DNA of 64,000 nucleotides from Chiloscyllium plagiosum (taxonomy: Eukaryota). The notes under the pieces are model-generated. The model was not told where the DNA came from. It saw only the letters and a program-made list of their open reading frames with translations, and ran no database searches. Where the stretch lies: contig NC_057728.1 in assembly GCF_004010195.1 (NCBI RefSeq), positions 46,528,645 to 46,592,644 of the forward strand, given 5' to 3'. Shown piece by piece: positions 1-13,059 of the stretch; position 1 is the stretch's first letter, and every line of letters begins with the position of its first letter. Position numbers and translations under genes: made by a program.

Positions 1-199
1 TCAACCAATAAGTTGTGCTTTAGCATATATTCTGGTATTCACAATCCATGCAATGAACTCACAGCAAATAGTTAGGGGCTACTGTCCAAAACAAATATTC
101 CTTTGGTAATGAGTGATCATCCTGCTGCTGGGAAGGAACTACAATTAATTGCATATTTCTGAGCATTTGTATGCCCTGCATGCAGGGAGAAGGGCATTC

Positions 200-625
200 A
201 TTAAGGCTGAGAGAAAACTTGGCAAGTCTAATGGCATCATATAAGGACATCAATAATACATTTTCATCCAGGGAACGTGATATATTTCATGGTTTGATTA
301 GGAAGTGTCAGGTTGAATTTCTCAAGGGGAAATCATATTTAACTAACTTGCTGTTTTTTTCTTGAAGAGGTAACAGAAAGGCTTGGTTGGAATAATGCTG
401 CTGATGTGATATGCATGGATTTACCGAAGGTGTTTGACACTATGCCACACAATAGGCCTGTGAGGAAATGGTAGATCATGGTATAAAAGGAACAGTCACA
501 ACATAGATACAAAATTGAGCAAGTGATAAGAAAAAGACAGTAATAATCAATGGATATCTTTTGGGCTGATGGAATGTTTGTAATGGAGTTCCCAGGGGGC
601 GCTATTAGAACCCTTGCTTTTTTAA
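200..625 (+). mobile_element. Decayed CR1 LINE reverse-transcriptase fragment
   Basis: HGLIRK..FLKGKSYLTNLL followed by broken EEVT..DVIxMDxxKxFD and GVPQG-like sequence. Confidence 0.75.
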
Positions 626-1010
626 TTCACTCTTGGGACATGGGCATCACTGGCAGGCTAGCATTTATTGCCTGTCCCTAGCTGTCCTTAGGTTGAGTGG
701 CTTGCTAGGTTATTTCAGAGGACACTTGAGAGTCAACCACATTGCTATTGGTCTGGAGTCACATGTAGGCCAGACCAGGTGAGGATGGCAGATTTCCTTC
801 CCTTCATTAGTGAACCAGATGGGTTTTCCTGACAAATGATAATGGTTTCATGGTCATCAGTAACTTCTAAATTCCAGATTTTTTTTATAGTGTTCAAATT
901 CTATGATTTGCTGTGGTGGGATTCAAACCCTAGTCCCCAGGACATCAGCTGAGTTTCTGGGATAACAGAAACTATTGATAAACTAGCACTAGGCCATTGC
1001 CTCCCCTCAC
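626..1010 (-). mobile_element. tRNA-head SINE with LINE-like 3' tail (family also at ~25300-25730 minus, ~55080-55400 and ~55420-55680 plus, split copy ~9160-10300)
   Basis: Shared blocks gagtcaaccacattgct..gtctggagtcacatgtaggccagacc..gcagatttccttccc recurring at the listed loci. Confidence 0.65.
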
Positions 1011-1289
1011 TAGATGAGTGCATAGTATAGACCCATTGATCAGCATATATGGAAACAGTACAATTAATTGGATTCACAAATTATCGAGCAAACCTATTGC
1101 CTAATTTGACATCAGAGTGTGAGTATCTCTGTAAGCTCACTGCAAAGGATGGGGAGCTATTTTGGAGTTTGGAACTTCCACACAAAGCAGCTTCTATTCA
1201 AACCAAAAAAAAACTAACAGAATGCTCAATACACACTGGAAACTGTCAACACAAACGATACAGAATCTGAAAGATAAAGGTCTTGCTCT

Positions 1290-2095
1290 GATCAAGCACT
1301 CACACCTTCTGGTCAATGATAACCCCCAGGACATTGATAATGAGGTATTCAGTGATGGACAGTCCATTGAATGTCCAGGGTGATTTTTAGATTCTATCTT
1401 GCTTATTTCCTGGGTATTCACATGGTTTAAATGTTAGTTGCCACTTGTAAGCCCAAGCTGAGATGTTGCACAGATCTTGCTACACATGGGCATGAACTGC
1501 ACTAGTATCTGAGAAGTCGCAAATGATTTTAACAGTTGTGCTATTATCAACGAACATCTCTTCGGAGCTAATAGTGGAGTGAAAGGTTATTGATGAAACA
1601 CTGAAGATGTTTGGAGTTAGGACAATACTGGAGGAACTCTTGTAGTGATGTGCTGGGTCTAAGAGGGTTGACCTCCAACAACTACTACCATCTTTGCGTG
1701 TGCTAATTATGACTACAACCAGTGGAGAGTTTCTGCCTTGATTCCCATTGACTCCAGTTTTGCTCAGGTTCCTTGATGTTACACTCAATCAAATGCTTTC
1801 ATGATGTCAAGGGTAGTCACTTTCAGCTCACCTCTGGGGATTAGACTTGTTGGAACCAAGTGGCCCTGTCAAAGCCCAAACAGGGTCAGTAAATAGGTTA
1901 CTACTTTGCACTTGCTGCTTTGTAACACTGTTCGTGACCCCTTCCACCATTTTACTGATGATTGAGCATAGACTGATAGGGTGATTATTAGCCAGATTGG
2001 ATTGTCCTAGCTTCTATGTACAGAACAGACAATTTTCCATATTGTCTACTCTGTTCCAGTGTTGTAGCTGTACAGGAACAGCTTGTTTAGGATCT
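1290..2095 (-). mobile_element. Old L2/CR1-group LINE RT fragment
   Basis: Reverse strand reads NLANNHPISLCSIISKMVEG (RT domain-1 'NYRPISL' motif) and further degenerate RT sequence. Confidence 0.65.
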
Positions 2096-2338
2096 GCAGG
2101 TTTGACAAAAGTAAGAAATTTATTACACAAAAGAAATGAAGATTTCTAAATGGTAAACTATCATCCCATTAATCACAACGGCACCTTTTTACAGTGATCA
2201 ACCACCAGAGAGACTTAGCTGTGGCTTTAATTCCCCCGTCTTAAGAATCTGCCAGCTTTGGATCTTCACAGAACTGCACTTAGACTTTATCAGCTTCAAA
2301 TAGTTCCTTCGGGGTTTTAACCAAAAGCTTCTAGTCTG

Positions 2339-2471
2339 ATTTGGAGTTGCCGGTGTTGGACTGGGGTGTACAAAGTTAAAAATCACACAACACCAGGTTA
2401 TAGTCCAACAGGTTTAATTGGAAGCACACTAGCTTTCGGAGCGACGCTCCTTCATCAGGTGATAGTGGAGA
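2339..2471 (-). mobile_element. Short PLE-terminus-like insertion (family B) carrying an intact minimal hammerhead motif
   Basis: Flanked by 9-bp direct repeat tctagtctg (2330-2338, 2472-2480); same sequence recurs at 39673-39894. Confidence 0.8.
2427..2461 (-). ncRNA. Minimal type-I hammerhead ribozyme motif (family B)
   Basis: Minus strand: CAC CUGAUGA A GGAGC-GUC-GCUCC GAA AGCU A GUG: conserved core, 5-bp stem II, palindromic AGCU in place of stem III, CAC/GUG stem I. Confidence 0.75.
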
Positions 2472-4289
2472 TCTAGTCTGTACATTTTAAGCCAAATACT
2501 TAGGCAACCTCTTTCTTAACAGTTCTAAAGTATCTCCCTTTCTCAGGAGTTTATACATTCTCAGGATTTTATAAATCCAGTTTCAGGCAAGACTTCTGCA
2601 AACTTGCCAAACTGAAATGCAAAAGTTTTTTTTGAAGTTATGACTGTAATCAAAAGAAAAAAAATCCCCAAACTTCCAAACTGAAAGCCTAATGCACACT
2701 TTATTTGCTTGTAAAAACTATCCCAATACAAACAAAACATCATTTTATACCAAGAATGTTCTCTCAGTCTATTTTTAAAGGAAATCAACATGGCTGCTCA
2801 AAGACATAGGTTATTCTTTAAGCCTTTTCAAATGCACAGACCAAGCCCATTTGCTGTTATGTCAAAATCCAGACTCTGAAACAAATGACATCAAAATATA
2901 GATAAATGACAGACCTTGATTCACGTTAGTAGATGCTATGAAGACAGGAATATACTTCTCCAATGTTGTAAAGGGAAATCTATGTAAGGTGTTTCCATGA
3001 GTCAAAATGAAAACAAGTAGAGACAGTGATCACATGACTATGGCAAACCAGTATACTATGTATAAATGCATTTCTCCAATCAGTATTCAAAACCTGCTTG
3101 GGTTTTTGTCCATTCAAAGCACATGCCTCAATTGCATTTGCTCCTCATGTTAAGATTCATTTCTTAATGGCTGTCAACAGAATCTAAATGATCATAAGCT
3201 CAATACTAAATTATAAATACTAAATACAATGCTGGAATCTTTTATTTTCAAGACCCCATTAGCTGCATTAATGAGGCTTTGCACATGCTGGGTGTCTACA
3301 AAATGCATGGGTACTTTTCCTTCCACTTTCCATCTGTAATGGAGAGACACTAACAGGAAGATAGAATGGTACTCTGCAGCTTGTTTGCTGGTTGAGATGT
3401 TGCATTTTACACTAGCTGTTATCAAGAGAGCCCTAACCTAGAGGCTGCCAGTGATCCTGTCACCTTGAAGATTAAGCAGAACTCATCATGCAGTTACAAA
3501 GCATATTTCAGTGCATTTTAATATGTAGGGAGATACTTTCCAAGACCTAATATCTGAGCATTAGCTGGGTTTTGCTTAGTAACTATATAAGAATAGATTC
3601 AAATCCCAAGATTACAGTCTGAATGAGGCTAAGTTTTCAGTCTGTGATCAATGTGTCACTGATAGACTTCCTGTCTCTTGGTAATTTGAGCATAAAATCT
3701 TGCATTCATCCCCTAATGATTGGCAGCTGCAGCATCAGATAGTTATTCTTTCGCTGTTTAGGACTGGGCAATGACAGATCCTTATTTTCTCCATTATCTA
3801 TATTCTTGTCTTTGGCTGACATTGCACAGACTTTACTTTCTCGGTTGGCTATTAACCCGCATTATTTTTTCTTCTCATTAGAACCTTAAAGGGGCAACTG
3901 GCTACCGGAGAAATCTGTGATGTGTTGGATTCCCTCATTAATACTTCCATGGCAATGTTTAACGGTAGCTACTTGAGGAACCCCAACAATCCAACATCTA
4001 CATCCCCTCCTGTATGGAATTAACTGTTACAGCACACTTTGCATTCTGTACTTCTATTTTAAACTTTTAATCGCATCAACCTTTCTGGATCCTTCAAACT
4101 ATAATGACCCCCCTTTATAGAAGGCTTTGCAAGGCTTTCTAAACATATTGAAAAGCTTGTAAAAATTTAACCATTTTCAATGAAAAATGTATGACCTTGA
4201 TTATACCTGATCATTACAATATCATGCATTTATATGATGTAAAATTGGGATAGACATACCCAAAGACACTGCTGTCCTTGCATGCCATC

Positions 4290-4940
4290 ACTGATAGTAG
4301 GCATACAGGTGCAGAAGGCAGTGATGAAGGCTAATGGTATGTTGGTCTTCAGAGCGAGAGGATTTGAGTACACCAGTGAGATGTCTTGTTACAATTGTAT
4401 AAGGCCTTGGTGAGATGACTACTGGAGTATTATTCTGCAGTTTTGTTCTCCTTCTCTGAAGAAGGATGTTTGGCTATGGACAGAGTGCAACAAAAGTGGA
4501 TCAGACTGATTCTTGGGATGGCAGTACTGAATTATGAAGAGGGACTGGATCGGCTAGGACGACATCCACGAGAGTTGAGAAGAACAAGGGGGAATCTCAC
4601 AGGGATCTTTAAATTCGAACAGAATGAATGCAGGAAGGATGTTCCTGAAGACCAGGGAGTCCAGAACTGGGGTCACAGTCTATGGACATGGGGTTAGAGC
4701 ATTTATAGGACTGAGGTGAGAAATATCTTCACTCAGAGCATGGTGAGCCTGTGGACTTCTTTGCCACAGAAGCGGCTGAGACCAAAATATTGAATGTTTT
4801 TAAGAAGTTAGGTATAGTTCTTAAGACAAAAGAGATTAATGGATGTGGGGTGAAAGCAGGAACAGGATGATAAGCCACAATTATGTTGAATGGTGGAGCA
4901 GGCCAAAGGGCTGCATAAGCTACTCCTGCTTCTATTTTCA
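4290..4940 (+). mobile_element. Decayed CR1 LINE 3' end
   Basis: C-terminal ORF2 remnants (RVQ..IL GM..YEE.LDRLG) and CR1 3' UTR ending cctgcttctattt. Confidence 0.8.
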
Positions 4941-6011
4941 ACATTTCAATGCAGTAAAACATCCCAAGTCACTTCACTAAATCATTATTGAACAACATTT
5001 GACAGAATAAAGAAAATGCGATTTCAGGTGACCTAATCAATCAAAGACTAATTGGCAATGTAGATCCTTTCATTGCGCGCAATATTAGTAAACAGATATG
5101 TGTCTGAAAATGTTAACTGATACAAGCTCAGCATGAAGGAATGTCAATAACACTGTTGAAGAAGTTCAAAGTACAGTGATATCTGAGCCTTTCTGGCATC
5201 TTATTTTTATCCAAGACCCAGTGGTGCTTAACCCAAAGGTACGGAGTTCATGTCTGTTTGACTGACACCATCTGCTTCTCCAGAGAAGAGATTCTGGCTG
5301 AAATTCGAAAGCAATGAAAATAATTTGGTTGTCGATTAGAAATGTATCTAAGGAGGTTTCAGGTTTGCTTCAGTAATTATTCTTCTGACTTTAGCCAGTG
5401 TCTTGCTGAAGGAAGCACAAAAGAAAGGTCAGTGGGATATTTCAGAACTATTACAACAGCTACGCAGAAATTCCTGTTTTCTTTATGTTTAGCTGGGAAG
5501 CTATTTGCATTTTGTTCAGTTACACCTGGCAATATGTGCATTGTGCTGTTGCTTCCAAGTGTCTCTTCACGAAACCATGTTGTGTACAGCAATGCCCAGA
5601 GCTGTTTGTACAGAAATAGAAGCAGTGCTGTGTCTGTATTTTTCAATAACTAACATCTTTTTACCTGCTGCATAAAGGGAAGCATTGATATATTCACAAG
5701 GCCTGAAAATAGTTTACAGCAGTGCTCCCCAAATCTTTTCCCAATGTGATCACATTTCCAGATTTAGAAATAGTCTTGGCCCATCGATGAAGACTGTGAG
5801 AGGGGACTGGGAGAGGGAAATAAAACCAATGAAACCAGAGGGAACAGAGCTTGATAATCATTGTTGTCTCAGAGCTCACAAGATTTTAACTCTCAGCCCC
5901 ACACCCTGGGTGTGTTGTTACTCCCAAATTTGTGTCCATCATTCCCATGAGCATAAGCATGTCCATCTTACCCATGAGCACCCAACTTCAGGTTGCCACT
6001 CATTGCAAAGA

Positions 6012-6360
6012 GCCTCAGGGAACATCTCTGAGACACCCGCACCAATCAACCAAACCACCCGTGGCCCAACATTTCAACTCCCCCTCCCACTCTGCCGAGG
6101 ATATGGAGGTGCTGGGCCTCCTCCACCGCCGCTCCCTCACCACCAGACGCATGGAAGAAGAACGCCTCATCTTCCGCCTCCACCCCCACCCTCCTCTAGC
6201 TTATCTCTCCACGCTTCAGGCTCTCTGCCTTTATTCCTGATGAAGGGCTTTTGCCCGAAATGTCGATTTTGCCTGTCCTCGGATGCTGCCTGTCCTCGGA
6301 TTTTGCCTGTCCTAGGATGCTGCCTGAACTGCTGTGCTCTTCCAGCACCACTAATCCAGA
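6012..6360 (+). mobile_element. Penelope-like element 3' end: GIY-YIG endonuclease C-terminus + terminal repeat (family A)
   Basis: PVAQHFNSPSHSAEDMEVLGLL...RRMEEERLIFRL is typical of the C-terminus of vertebrate PLE GIY-YIG domains; followed by CTGATGA A GGGC TTTT GCCC GAAA TGTC (6237-6264). Confidence 0.8.
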
Positions 6361-6384
6361 CTGCCACAGTCAGTCAGGGGAATC

Positions 6385-6750
6385 GCATCCACCATCGACG
6401 TGCAGTAGCAGCAGTGTGTACTGACTACAAGATGAATTGCAGCAATTCACCAAAATTCCTGAAACAATACCCTCCAAACCCACATCCACACCCATCTAGA
6501 AGGACAAGGGCAGTGGATAAATGTGAACACCACAAGTCCCCCTCCAAGCCATGCATTCTCCTGACCTGAAAATATGTCGCCGTTCCTTTACTGGCACTGG
6601 TTCAAGATCCTGGAATTCCCTCCTTAACAGCATTGTGCATCTACCTACAGCACATGGACTTTAGTGGTTCAAGAACTAAGCTCACCATCACCTTCTCAAG
6701 GATATCTAGGAATAAACCAGCCATCAATGCCCACATCCCAAGAGTGAATT
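6385..6750 (+). mobile_element. 3' end of an old LINE (tail similar to the SINE family at 626-1010)
   Basis: HHRRAVAAVCT.YKM.CSNSPK.L.Q..PNP..PSRRTRA C-terminus; ends gcccacatcccaagagtgaat like the SINE tails. Confidence 0.6.
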
Positions 6751-9232
6751 CTTTAAAAAGTCCTTTTTGACATTTTGCTCAGTACCCTACATGGACTCCC
6801 AATTGGGTAATTCTTTTAACGTTCTCTTTTTTGTTTTCAAATTATTCCATGGGTTTTTCCTCTCCCCATGTGACATCTAATATCATTCTGCTACTTTGAT
6901 TCAGGTCTTTTGCACAGAATTCATTTTTTTGTTTTTTGTTTCTGCTTTGCCATTGGTGCTGTGCTTTTAACTGTCTAGGCCCCAGGTTCCGGAATTCCCT
7001 CCCAACCTTTCTTCCTGTCCACTTCACTTTATTCTTCGGCACTTGATAAAAACTATTTGCCCACACTTTTGCTTACCTAGTTCAATTGTTGATCATCTGA
7101 TTATTTGTATCAAATGCTGTTTGATCATCAACTCTGTGAATTCCCTTGGAATATTTCGCCACATTAAAAGTGTTATCTAAAGGTAAATTATATTGAAACT
7201 GATGAATTTTTAAGTTGGATCAGCTGTCAGAATTGCTGATGCATCGGCATTGATGCCCACTGTCTGAGAGATATTAAAACGTTGTTTTTCAACCTCTGGA
7301 TCTTCTACTGGCAACTATTCGGCAGAGGTTCAGAAACCTTCCAGCAAAGCTGCACACAGAGATTAGTGCTGCACTCAAAGATTCAAAATCTAGGACTATT
7401 GTGCTAATGGAGGCATAGAAGTTCAAGATCCTTAAATTGCTACGAGTAACTTATCTAAATATGTTTCTGGGTAAGTGACAAGGGAAATTTTCTCAACTAT
7501 CTGAATTGTACAGCTAGAATAGAGCATGCCTTTTCAAACATAGGGCTATTCTTGTCACGTTGAGTGGAATTTGTGCATTTTAATAAAAAGCAAATCTACA
7601 GAGGACCTCTCAGGAGCCTTCCCCATAAATTGTTTATGACTTCGACAGAGAACATGCACAGATGGAACGGGCTTAGTTATTTCCACATTCAAATAGAAAC
7701 ATATTTAACATTTCATTCTACTGTACTAGTTATGTGCACAGCTGTGCAACTTTGCTTCTCTCTGCAGAAGCAAGTCAAACAATGCATACTGTTTTTCTTT
7801 CTGGATAGCCTTCAGTAGGCAACTCCATGCCTCAGGTGGTGATAGATGTCATACCTAAATCCACTTAACTGCTACAAACAAGCTGTAAAGCACAAGATGA
7901 TGGCACAGTGGCACCTTGTATTATAGAAATGCCATAGATGCACACTAATGCTAACAACATTTGAGATTGTGCGTTTTCCAAGGGAAACTAATTAAAGGCA
8001 AAATTTCCCTTATAAATATGACAAGCAAAAGGAAGTACTGAGTCTGGTGCATCCTCTAAAAATGTGTGTACAAACTTCCACATCCCATCCTGTTCTCACA
8101 AAATGCAAGTGTCGAGGATAAACCAAGAAATAAATTACCAATTCCCATCACTCCTGTTATAAAAAAAACAATGCTGGAGAAACTCAACAGGTCGGGTAGC
8201 TGCTGTGAAGAGAGAAAGAGTTAATGCTTTATATAACACCTTGGAATAGGATCTCTCCTGTGGTATCCAAGGCAAAAGCTGTTGTGCTACAAGGATTTGC
8301 ATCCTGGCCCACATTCTTTTCCATGTGTTTTCTTTGCTTGCAGCCTTGATTGAATGCAGCATTGGTGATGCTTACATTATTTCTTTATTGTGCCATTTTT
8401 TTCATTCTGTAAGGCTCCACCAACACGGCCCAAACATCAAGAGCCTTTTAGTCAATGGTCTGTTCCTTTATATTTTGGCCATGTCTATGCACATTGCCAT
8501 AGACCTGTACTTGTGAGACTGCTCAGTGTTTGTTGTCAGCCATGTTTGAATTATGAATACAAGTCTCCCAACAACTAAATTTGTGTTTTGTCTTCTCCCT
8601 GAAATCCTGTGGAATCCTGATCTCCTTAATATATGTAATCATCAGCATTTCCAAGAATATTGGATTCCATAATTTTTGTTAGAGGTTACTCTGAGTGTGA
8701 GAGAGAAAAGTGACAAAAGAGGAGAAAGTGTTACCCTAGTAATGTATTCAAGTATTGTGACTCCTGATAGTGCTCAGAAGCATCCAGTCATGTAGAATGA
8801 GCACACAGTCGATGTTGTCTATTTTTACTCCAAAGCTGTTAACCTAGTTTGAGGAGCTGGCAAAAGTCCTTCAAGGAGCAACCTTATTTTGGGTTATTTT
8901 TTTTTGGGTTATCGAGACCCAAATAGGTGATGGAGTCAGCAGCAAAGAATCTTCATCACTGGCAAAATTCCTGGGCTTTGATTTCCTGCTTTTGCTGGGT
9001 TTTTTTCTCCAGCAAAGTACCTAGAAGTCGTTTTCATGCAGCATCTATACTGCAACAATGAACAAGAGATTCCTCCACTAACCAATGTTTTCTTTGTTTA
9101 TAATTGCAGCTAATTGTCTTACCCTTGTATTTTTGCATCAGCAAGTAGAAGATTTAGGGGAGTCAGTAGCATAGTGACTTGAGTGCCAGTGTGGTAGATG
9201 GCAAAATTTGAATTTGATAAAAGACTTGGATT

Positions 9233-9557
9233 GGCGGCACGGTGGCTCAGTAGTTAGCACTGCTGCTTCACAGCGCCAGGGACCCAGGTTTGATTCCAGC
9301 CTCGGGCAACTGTCTGTGTTGCGCATTCTCCCTGTGTCTGTGTGGGTTTCCTCTGGGTGCTCTGGTTTCCTCCCACAATCCAAAGATGTGCAGGTTAGGT
9401 GAATTGGCCATGCTAAATTAGATAGCATTAGGTGCATTAGTCAGGGGTAAATATAGGGTAGGGGAATGGTCTTGGTGAGTTACTCTTCGGAGGGTCGGTG
9501 TGGACTTGTTGGGCTGTAGGGCCTGTTTCCACATTGTATGGAATCTAATCTAATCTA
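9233..9557 (+). mobile_element. HE1-like V-SINE
   Basis: tRNA-like head with A box (tggctcagtagtt) and B box (ggtttgattcc), V-domain (tgggtttcctc..ggtgctctggtttcctcccacaatccaaagatgtgcagg), CR1-like tail, (atcta)n end. Confidence 0.9.
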
Positions 9558-9647
9558 AAAATGCTAGCCTGATGGCAACCATTAACTGTCATAAAAACCC
9601 GTCGCATTCTATATGTCCTTCAGAGATGAAAATTGGCTATCTTTACC

Positions 9648-10192
9648 TGCCTGCGTGCAATTCTGGTCTCCTTCCTAGCGGAAAGATGTTGTGAAACTTG
9701 AAAGGGTTCAGAAAAGATTTACATGGATGTTGCCAGGGTTGGAGGATTTGAGCTACAGGGAGAGGCTGAACAGGCTGGAGCTGTTTTCCCTGGAGCGTCA
9801 GAGGTTGAGGGGTGACCTTATAGAGGTTTATAAAATTATGAGGGGCATGGATAGGATAAATAGACAAAGTCTTTCCCCTGGGATCGGGGAGTCCAGAACT
9901 AGAGGGCATAGGTTTAGGGTGAGAGGGGAAAGATATAAAAGAAACCTAAGGGGCAACTATTTCACGCAGAGGGTGGTACGTTTATGGAATGAGCTGCCAG
10001 AGCATGTGGTGGAGGCTGGTACAATTGCAACATTTAAGAGGCATTTGGATGGGTATATGAATAGGAAGGGTTTGGAGGGATATGGGCCGGCCGCTGGCAG
10101 ATGGGACTAGATTGGGTTGAGATATCTGGTCGGTATGGACATGTTGGACTGAAGGGTCTGTTTCCATGCTGTACATCTCTATGACTCTATGT
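9648..10192 (+). mobile_element. Relatively young 5'-truncated CR1 LINE 3' end
   Basis: Open C-terminus KLERVQKRFT..LPGLEDLSYRERLNRL..RGDLIEVYKI..FKRHLD; 3' UTR and ctctatga tail. Confidence 0.9.
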
Positions 10193-10867
10193 GACTCCAG
10201 ACCAACAGCAGACTCCTATCTGAACTCTGAACAATTAAGGATTGGTAATAAATGCTGGCTTTATCAGCAATACCCACATCTCACGAATGAATAAAGACTA
10301 GTAATTTTGTGTAAATCCATACACTACATGTTAATTTCTGCTTAACTATCAGTTAATAATACGGAGAGTATTAAAATCAGATCTGTGTGTTATCATGCAT
10401 CACCAATATTAACTCCCATCAGCAAGTTGATTGAAAAGGTTTAACAATGCAACAGTTGGTTTATGATAGTTCTGCAGTCATCCATCACCTATTTCTCAAT
10501 TTGAGAATGAGTTCAATGCAGAGTCGTGGTTTTTGCTGTGGCATTTTATGTGCCTGAACTGGCTGATTTTGGTTCACAGATCAGCATGGAGGGTATAACA
10601 TCTTTCCTTCTTGCTCCTGCTCTGCTGCATTATTAAGACGTTGAAGTGTGATTCAGTTCAGCAGTTTAAGGTCATGAGGTCAAATTGAATTCAATATACT
10701 TCAGGCGCAAGCAAAATGGTGGTAAAGGTTACTTGATTCTCATTTTAAAAATCTGCTGTTCACTGATAAGAACGTGGCAGCAGGAAGAGGCTCCTCATGC
10801 CTGCTTTGCCATTCAATATAATCATAGCTGATCTCATCCCTTCTTCAAATCCACTTTCCGGCAGGAT

Positions 10868-13055
10868 TTAGAGTCATAGAGACATACAGTGTGGAAACAG
10901 ACCCTTTAGTCCAACTCATCCATACAGACTGGATATCCTAAATAAATCTAATTCCATGTGTCAGCATTTGCCCATATCCCTCTAAACCCTTCCTGTTCAT
11001 ATACCCGTCTAGATGCCTTTTAAACGCTGTAATTTACCAGCCTCTACCACTTCTTCTGGCAGCTCACTCCATATACGCACCACCTTCTGCGTGCAAAAGT
11101 TATCCCTTCGGTCCCTTTCAAATCTTTTCCTTCTCACCTTACACCCATGCTATTTAGTTTTGGACCGCCACCCCCCACCCCACCCCACCCCACCCCAGGG
11201 AAAAGACTTGTCTATTTACCCTATCCATGATCCTCATGATTTTATTAACCTCTAGAACATGGGCAACACGGTGGCACAGTGGTTAGCACTGCTGCCTCAC
11301 AGAGACTCCGGGTTCAATTCTCACCTCAGGCAACTGTCTGTGTGGAGTTTGCACATTTTCCTCGTGTCTGCGTGGGTTTGCTCCGGTTTCCTCCTACAGT
11401 CCAAAAATGTGCAGGTTAGGCAAATTGGCCATGCTAAATTGCCCGTAAAGTTAGGTGAAGGGGTAAATGTAGGGGAATGGGTCTGGGTGGGTTGCTCTTC
11501 AGAGGATTGGTGTGGACTTGTTGGGCCAAAGGGCCTGTTTCCACACTGTAAGTAATCTAATCTAAACGTTAGCCCTCAGCCTCTGATGCTTTAGGGAAAA
11601 TAGCCCCAGTCTATTCAGTCCCTCCCTCTAGCTCAAACCCTCCAACCTTGGTAACATCTTTTTAAATCTTTTCTGAACCCTTGCAAGTTTCACAACATCT
11701 TTTCTATAGCAGGAAGACCAGAATGCATGCAGTATTCCAAAAGTGGCCTAACTAATGTCCTATACACGACATCCCAACTCCTGTGCTCAGTGTGCTGACC
11801 AATAAAGGCAAGCATACCAAATGCCTTCTTCACTGTCACTTCCAACTGTGACTCCACTTTCAAGGAACATCCAGCATTCCCCACACCCACCAGCCTTGTC
11901 CTTCACCCTAACAGGAACATACTGTGTCTGGATTCTCGTCATTTCATTTTGAAGGGTTCCCATTTTCCAGCCGTTCCTTTACCAGCAAACATTCGCCTCC
12001 AATCAGCTTTTGAAAGTTCTTGCCTAATCCCATCAAAACTGGCCTTCCTCCAATTTAGAATTTTTAAATATTAGATCTAGTCTATCCTTTTCCATCACTA
12101 TTTTAAAACTAATAGAATTATGCTCGCTGGCCCCAAAGTGCTCCCCCACTGACACTTCAGTCACCTGCCCTACCTTACTTCCCAAGAATAGGTCAAGTTT
12201 TGCACCTTCTCTAGTAGGTACATGCACATACTGAATTAGAAAATTTTCTTGTACATGCTTAACAAATTCCTGTCCATCAAAGTCCTTAATACTCTGGCAG
12301 TCTATGTTTGGAAAGTTAAAATCCCGTACCACAACCACCCTATTATAATTACGGATAACTGAGATCTTCTTACAAATTTGTTTCTCAATTTTCCACTGAC
12401 TACTGGAAGAGTATTTAACACTTTCTCAATAAGTTGATTGTCCCTTTTCTTATTTCTCAAATCTGCCCAAATAACTTGTCTGAATGTATTCCCAGGAATA
12501 TCTTCCCTAAATACAGCCATAATGTTATCCCTAATCAAAAGTGCCACTCCCCTTCCTCACTTGCTCACCCCCCCCCAACTTTCGATCATTCCTATAGCAT
12601 CGATACCCTGGAACATTAAGCTGCCAGTCCTGTCTGTTCCTGAGTCAGGTCTCTGTATTCACTATGATATCCCAGTCCCATGTTCCTAACCATGCCCTGA
12701 GTTCATTTGCCTTAGGCTCCTTGCTTTGAAATAAATGCAGTTTAATTTATGAGTCCTACCTCCTTCTTTTCTTTGTTCCTGCCTGTCCTGTCTGTTTGAC
12801 TTACTCTTTTTCCCAACTCTACCACTCTCAAACTGAACACTTTCCTCACCATCTCCCTGGGTCTCCCCCCTTACTAGTTTAAATGCTCACAAGCAGCTCT
12901 AGCAAATCTCCCCACCAGTAAATTAGTCCTCTTCCAATTCAGGTGCAATCCGTGCTTCTTATACAGGTCACGTCTACTCCAGAAGACATTCCAATGATCC
13001 AAAAATGTAAATCCTTCTACCCTGCACCAGCTCCTCAGCCATGCATTCATCTGTC
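10868..13055 (-). mobile_element. Internally deleted CR1 LINE (3' end, APE endonuclease remnant, end of ORF1)
   Basis: Tail agagtcataga at 10870; minus-strand DFNFPNID..PTREGAKLDL..GASEHN (APE); most of RT missing. Confidence 0.8.
11261..11565 (+). mobile_element. HE1-like V-SINE nested in CR1
   Basis: Same head/V-domain/tail as 9233-9557. Confidence 0.9.
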
Positions 13056-13059
13056 TTTT

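Noticed and set aside
5685..6569. 294-aa ORF
   Set aside because: Chimeric read-through across unique DNA, a PLE end (off-frame) and a LINE tail; no coherent protein.
9233..9305. tRNA gene
   Set aside because: tRNA-like head continues into V-domain and LINE tail; multiple diverged copies, so a SINE.
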